Shown: in pieces, positions 61,158-64,000 of the stretch
Position numbering within the stretch: position 1 is the first letter of the stretch
Layout: each line of letters opens with the position of its first letter
DNA from: an uncultured Gammaproteobacteria bacterium
GTDB lineage: Bacteria > Patescibacteriota > Microgenomatia > Levybacterales > UBA12049
Direction of reading: 5' to 3'
DNA: 64,000 nucleotides
Assembly (NCBI GenBank): GCA_964521295.1
Contig: CAZFRF010000001.1
Coordinates: forward strand, 270,146-334,145
Translations under genes and position numbers: made by a program
The notes under the pieces: model-generated
Database searches by the model: none
Seen by the model: only the letters and a program-made list of their open reading frames with translations
Told to the model about the DNA's origin: nothing

Positions 61158-62488
61158 TATTCTTCCTCTATTCTATTTATACTTGCACCAAGCTTTTTTA
61201 ATCTTTGCTCAAATTGTTCATACCCTCTATCTAAATACTCAAGTCCAAATAAAACACTCTCCCCCTCTGCAGCCAATGCACCGAGTACTAAAGTTGCTCC
61301 ACCTCTTAAATCGGGAATATCTAAAATTGCATTATGCAAAACAACTGGACCAGTAATTCTGGCTGCGTGTAGGAATTTTTTCTTATCATCCTTAATATTA
61401 AAATTATAAAATTTCTCAGGATTTTTAATAACTGGATTAAAAAGCTCAATCTCAGCTCCCATCTTTAATAGCTCATCTACGTAGGTAAATCTATTCTCAT
61501 ACACTCTTTCATGTAAAACAGAGGTGCCATTAGCAACAGTCATAAGCACTGCCCAAGGACCTTGCCAATCCGTCATAAAGCCTGGATAGTATCCAGTTGT
61601 TACATCGGCTGCTTTTAATTCTCCCTTGTAAAAAAACCTAATTCCATCTTTTTTAACCTCATATCCTGCTCCAATTTGATCAAACATGTCTAAAAATTCT
61701 TCCAAACCCTTCTTTTGTACATCTTTTACAAAAATATCTCCCTTTGTGATAACAGCAGCAACTGCAAATGTTACAACCTCATTCCTATCAGGAAATACTT
61801 TAAAATTTGTTCCTTGAAGCCTATCAACACCTTGAATTACTATTCTTCTTGGTTTTTCTCTAACTATCTTTGCACCCATTCTTTTCAAAAATTCAATTAA
61901 TTCGTCTACTTCTGGCTCTTGAGCTGCATTTTCTAAAACTGTTTTTCCTTTTGCTAAAACAGCTGCAAGTATCATTGTTTCTGTACCGGTATGAGTACTT
62001 TTTTCAAATTTATAATAAGTACCCTTTAATCCCTCTGGAGCTTCTGAATGGAAAAATCCATCTCTACTTTGATATTTAATCTTTACTCCCATTTTCTTTA
62101 AGCCCTCAACGACTCTGTCAATTGGCCTAGCTCCAATCCTACAACCACCAGGATTTGGAATAATTGATTGCTTACTCCTAGCTAGCAGAGGGGCTAAAAA
62201 CATATATGAAGTTCTAATTTCTGCCGCTTTGTCTAAAGCAATTTTTTGACTCGTAAATTCTTTAACTTGAATAGTTAACTTATTCCCCTTAAATTCAACC
62301 TTTCCACCCAAATGCTCAATAATCTCTGCCATTATATGAACATCAGAAATAAGTGGAACGTTATCTATAACCACCTTTTCATCTGTTAAACAAGCAGCAA
62401 CCAAGAGCTTTAAGGCTACATTTTTAGAACCAAAAATTGAAACTTGGCCTTTTAATTTCTTCCCACCATTAATTACATATTTTTCCAT
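61157..62488 (-). CDS. murA: UDP-GlcNAc 1-carboxyvinyltransferase
   Basis: GSKN, PGGCRIGARP, PGFMTD, YENRF, DLRGG, LDRGYE. Confidence 0.98.
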   Translation of the reverse strand: MEKYVINGGKKLKGQVSIFGSKNVALKLLVAACLTDEKVVIDNVPLISDVHIMAEIIEHLGGKVEFKGNKLTIQVKEFTSQKIALDKAAEIRTSYMFLAPLLARSKQSIIPNPGGCRIGARPIDRVVEGLKKMGVKIKYQSRDGFFHSEAPEGLKGTYYKFEKSTHTGTETMILAAVLAKGKTVLENAAQEPEVDELIEFLKRMGAKIVREKPRRIVIQGVDRLQGTNFKVFPDRNEVVTFAVAAVITKGDIFVKDVQKKGLEEFLDMFDQIGAGYEVKKDGIRFFYKGELKAADVTTGYYPGFMTDWQGPWAVLMTVANGTSVLHERVYENRFTYVDELLKMGAEIELFNPVIKNPEKFYNFNIKDDKKKFLHAARITGPVVLHNAILDIPDLRGGATLVLGALAAEGESVLFGLEYLDRGYEQFEQRLKKLGASINRIEEE

Positions 62489-62491
62489 AAT

Positions 62492-63904
62492 TTATTTTAG
62501 TTCCTCGGAAATTTTATATATATTTCCTGCTCCCATGGTAAGTATAACCCAATCTGAATTATACATATTTTCGTTCACATATTTTACCACATTAGGCAAA
62601 TTTTCGATGTATTTTACCTTACCAAAAATTTTTGCTATTTCATTCACTAACATCTGCGAAGAAACACTATCATCTTTTTCTTCTCTGGCTGAGGAATAAA
62701 TATCCGTAACAATAACTTCATCCGCAAACGATAATGAGTATTTAAATTGATCGAATAATTTTTTTGTTCTTGAATAAGTATGAGGCTGGAAAATGCAAAG
62801 AATTTTTTTATTTGGAAAAGTTTTTTTAAATGCTTGCAATGTACTTTTTATTTCTGTTGGATGATGCGCATAATCATCATATAAAATTGCTCCATTTTCT
62901 AAATCTTTAATATATTCAAATCTTCTCCTAGTACCATGAAATTTAGTCAGGGCTGATTTAATATTCGCAAGCGACAATCCGAGCTCTAAACCAATTACGA
63001 TTGCAGCGAGAGCATTTAAAGCATTATGATCTCCTGTAACATTTAACGAAAATTCACCCAAAGATGTTTCTTTATTATTTATCCAAAAATACATTTTTTC
63101 TTTATCAACATGAATTCTATCTACATAAAAATCTGCATCCTTAGAAAATCCATATGTTACAACATGACCTACAACATTTTTAGAAAGTCTTCTCGTAATT
63201 TCATCATCAATATTTAAAACTAGTCCTCCATTTACTGCAATATTTTGTGAGAAAGCTAAAAATGCTTTATACAAATCCTCAACTGAGGCATACAAATCTG
63301 GATGATCGAGTTCAATATTTGTAATTACAGCAAAATATGGTTTTTGCCACAATAGCTTTGGAGTCAAATCATATTTTGGCTCAGTGGCATACTCGTCTGC
63401 TTCTGCCACGAAATATTCTCCCTTTCCAAAATGACCACTTGAATCTAAAAATGGAATATTACCCGTACCCACAAGGAATGAAGGATCAAGTCTATTATCT
63501 TTTAGTATTGATGCAATCATTGCGGTTGTAGTTGTCTTCCCATGAGTTCCACTCACAGCAATACCTTTAAGATTTTTGCCAAATATTTCTCCTTTCATAA
63601 ATTCGCCTACAGCTTGTCCTTGAGTCCAGATAATAATACCCATCTCTTTTGCCTTACGCACCTCGGGATGGTCAAATCCTCCATGCGCACCAGTAGTAAT
63701 TAATAAATCAACACCCTCTAAATGGCCGACCGAAAAACCTGTTTTTATATCAATTTGCGCTTTTTCTAATACCTCATCCGTGATAAATACTTCGTCCAAA
63801 TCGCAGCCAGTAACGATAAATCCAGCCTCTTTAGCAATAATAGCTAAAGGCGCCATACCAACACCCTTTATTCCCACAAAATGAATATGTTTATTTTGCT
63901 TCAT
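62492..63904 (-). CDS. murC: UDP-MurNAc-L-alanine ligase
   Basis: HFVGIKGVGM, GTHGKTTTT, EADEY, DDYAHHPTEI, FQPHTYSRT, MGAG. Confidence 0.98.
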   Translation of the reverse strand: MKQNKHIHFVGIKGVGMAPLAIIAKEAGFIVTGCDLDEVFITDEVLEKAQIDIKTGFSVGHLEGVDLLITTGAHGGFDHPEVRKAKEMGIIIWTQGQAVGEFMKGEIFGKNLKGIAVSGTHGKTTTTAMIASILKDNRLDPSFLVGTGNIPFLDSSGHFGKGEYFVAEADEYATEPKYDLTPKLLWQKPYFAVITNIELDHPDLYASVEDLYKAFLAFSQNIAVNGGLVLNIDDEITRRLSKNVVGHVVTYGFSKDADFYVDRIHVDKEKMYFWINNKETSLGEFSLNVTGDHNALNALAAIVIGLELGLSLANIKSALTKFHGTRRRFEYIKDLENGAILYDDYAHHPTEIKSTLQAFKKTFPNKKILCIFQPHTYSRTKKLFDQFKYSLSFADEVIVTDIYSSAREEKDDSVSSQMLVNEIAKIFGKVKYIENLPNVVKYVNENMYNSDWVILTMGAGNIYKISEELK

Positions 63905-64000
63905 GTTTTAAATTTAATGATACTAGAATTTCATTTGCAACTCGATACTCATCCCAAGGCTCCTCACCGTTTCCCATATTCATTGACGCCTCTGCTGCTT
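63901..64000 (-). CDS. murE: 3' end of a Mur ligase, probably MurE (partial)
   Basis: Reads AAEASMNMGNGEEPWDEYRVANEILVSLNLKT*, similar to the MurE tail after GKGHE; TGA overlaps the murC ATG (ATGA). Confidence 0.6.

Overview
AT-rich bacterial chromosome segment, standard genetic code (TGA is used as stop). Gene content and protein style point to a CPR/Patescibacteria genome, most like Microgenomates; this is an inference and was not checked by any search. In order, the window holds: the 3' part of dnaE; a complete F1Fo ATP synthase operon (atpBEFHAGDC); tRNA-Thr(CGT); a ~19 kb very AT-rich surface-glycosylation locus (GT2, GT4, many GT-C-type membrane proteins, flippase, O-antigen-ligase-like protein, sugar C-methyltransferase); tRNA-Val(CAC); lepB, parB, rpmA, rplU, rodA and ileS; an accessory stretch (S8 protease with an inserted beta-propeller, dus, cytochrome b5-like protein, DnaQ/GIY-YIG fusion, P-type ATPase, GT4 plus glycoside hydrolase, several orphans, DUF1801, and a TIR-domain gene next to an HExxH gene); and the dcw cluster (ftsZ to murC plus the 3' end of murE). 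The strongest unexplained signals are: (1) a -10 box 6-8 nt before the start codon of about 17 genes and before both tRNAs, suggesting leaderless mRNAs and leaderless tRNAs, with strong SD motifs seen only before atpE and atpD; (2) stop codons that double as -35 boxes; (3) a ~361-aa propeller inside a subtilisin catalytic domain; (4) a candidate TIR + HExxH defence module with a 28-bp dif-like site and an unannotated promoter-driven small ORF; (5) Lys-poor orphan genes that each have their own promoter. No CRISPR array, rRNA or transposase was seen. All calls are by-eye motif recognition.
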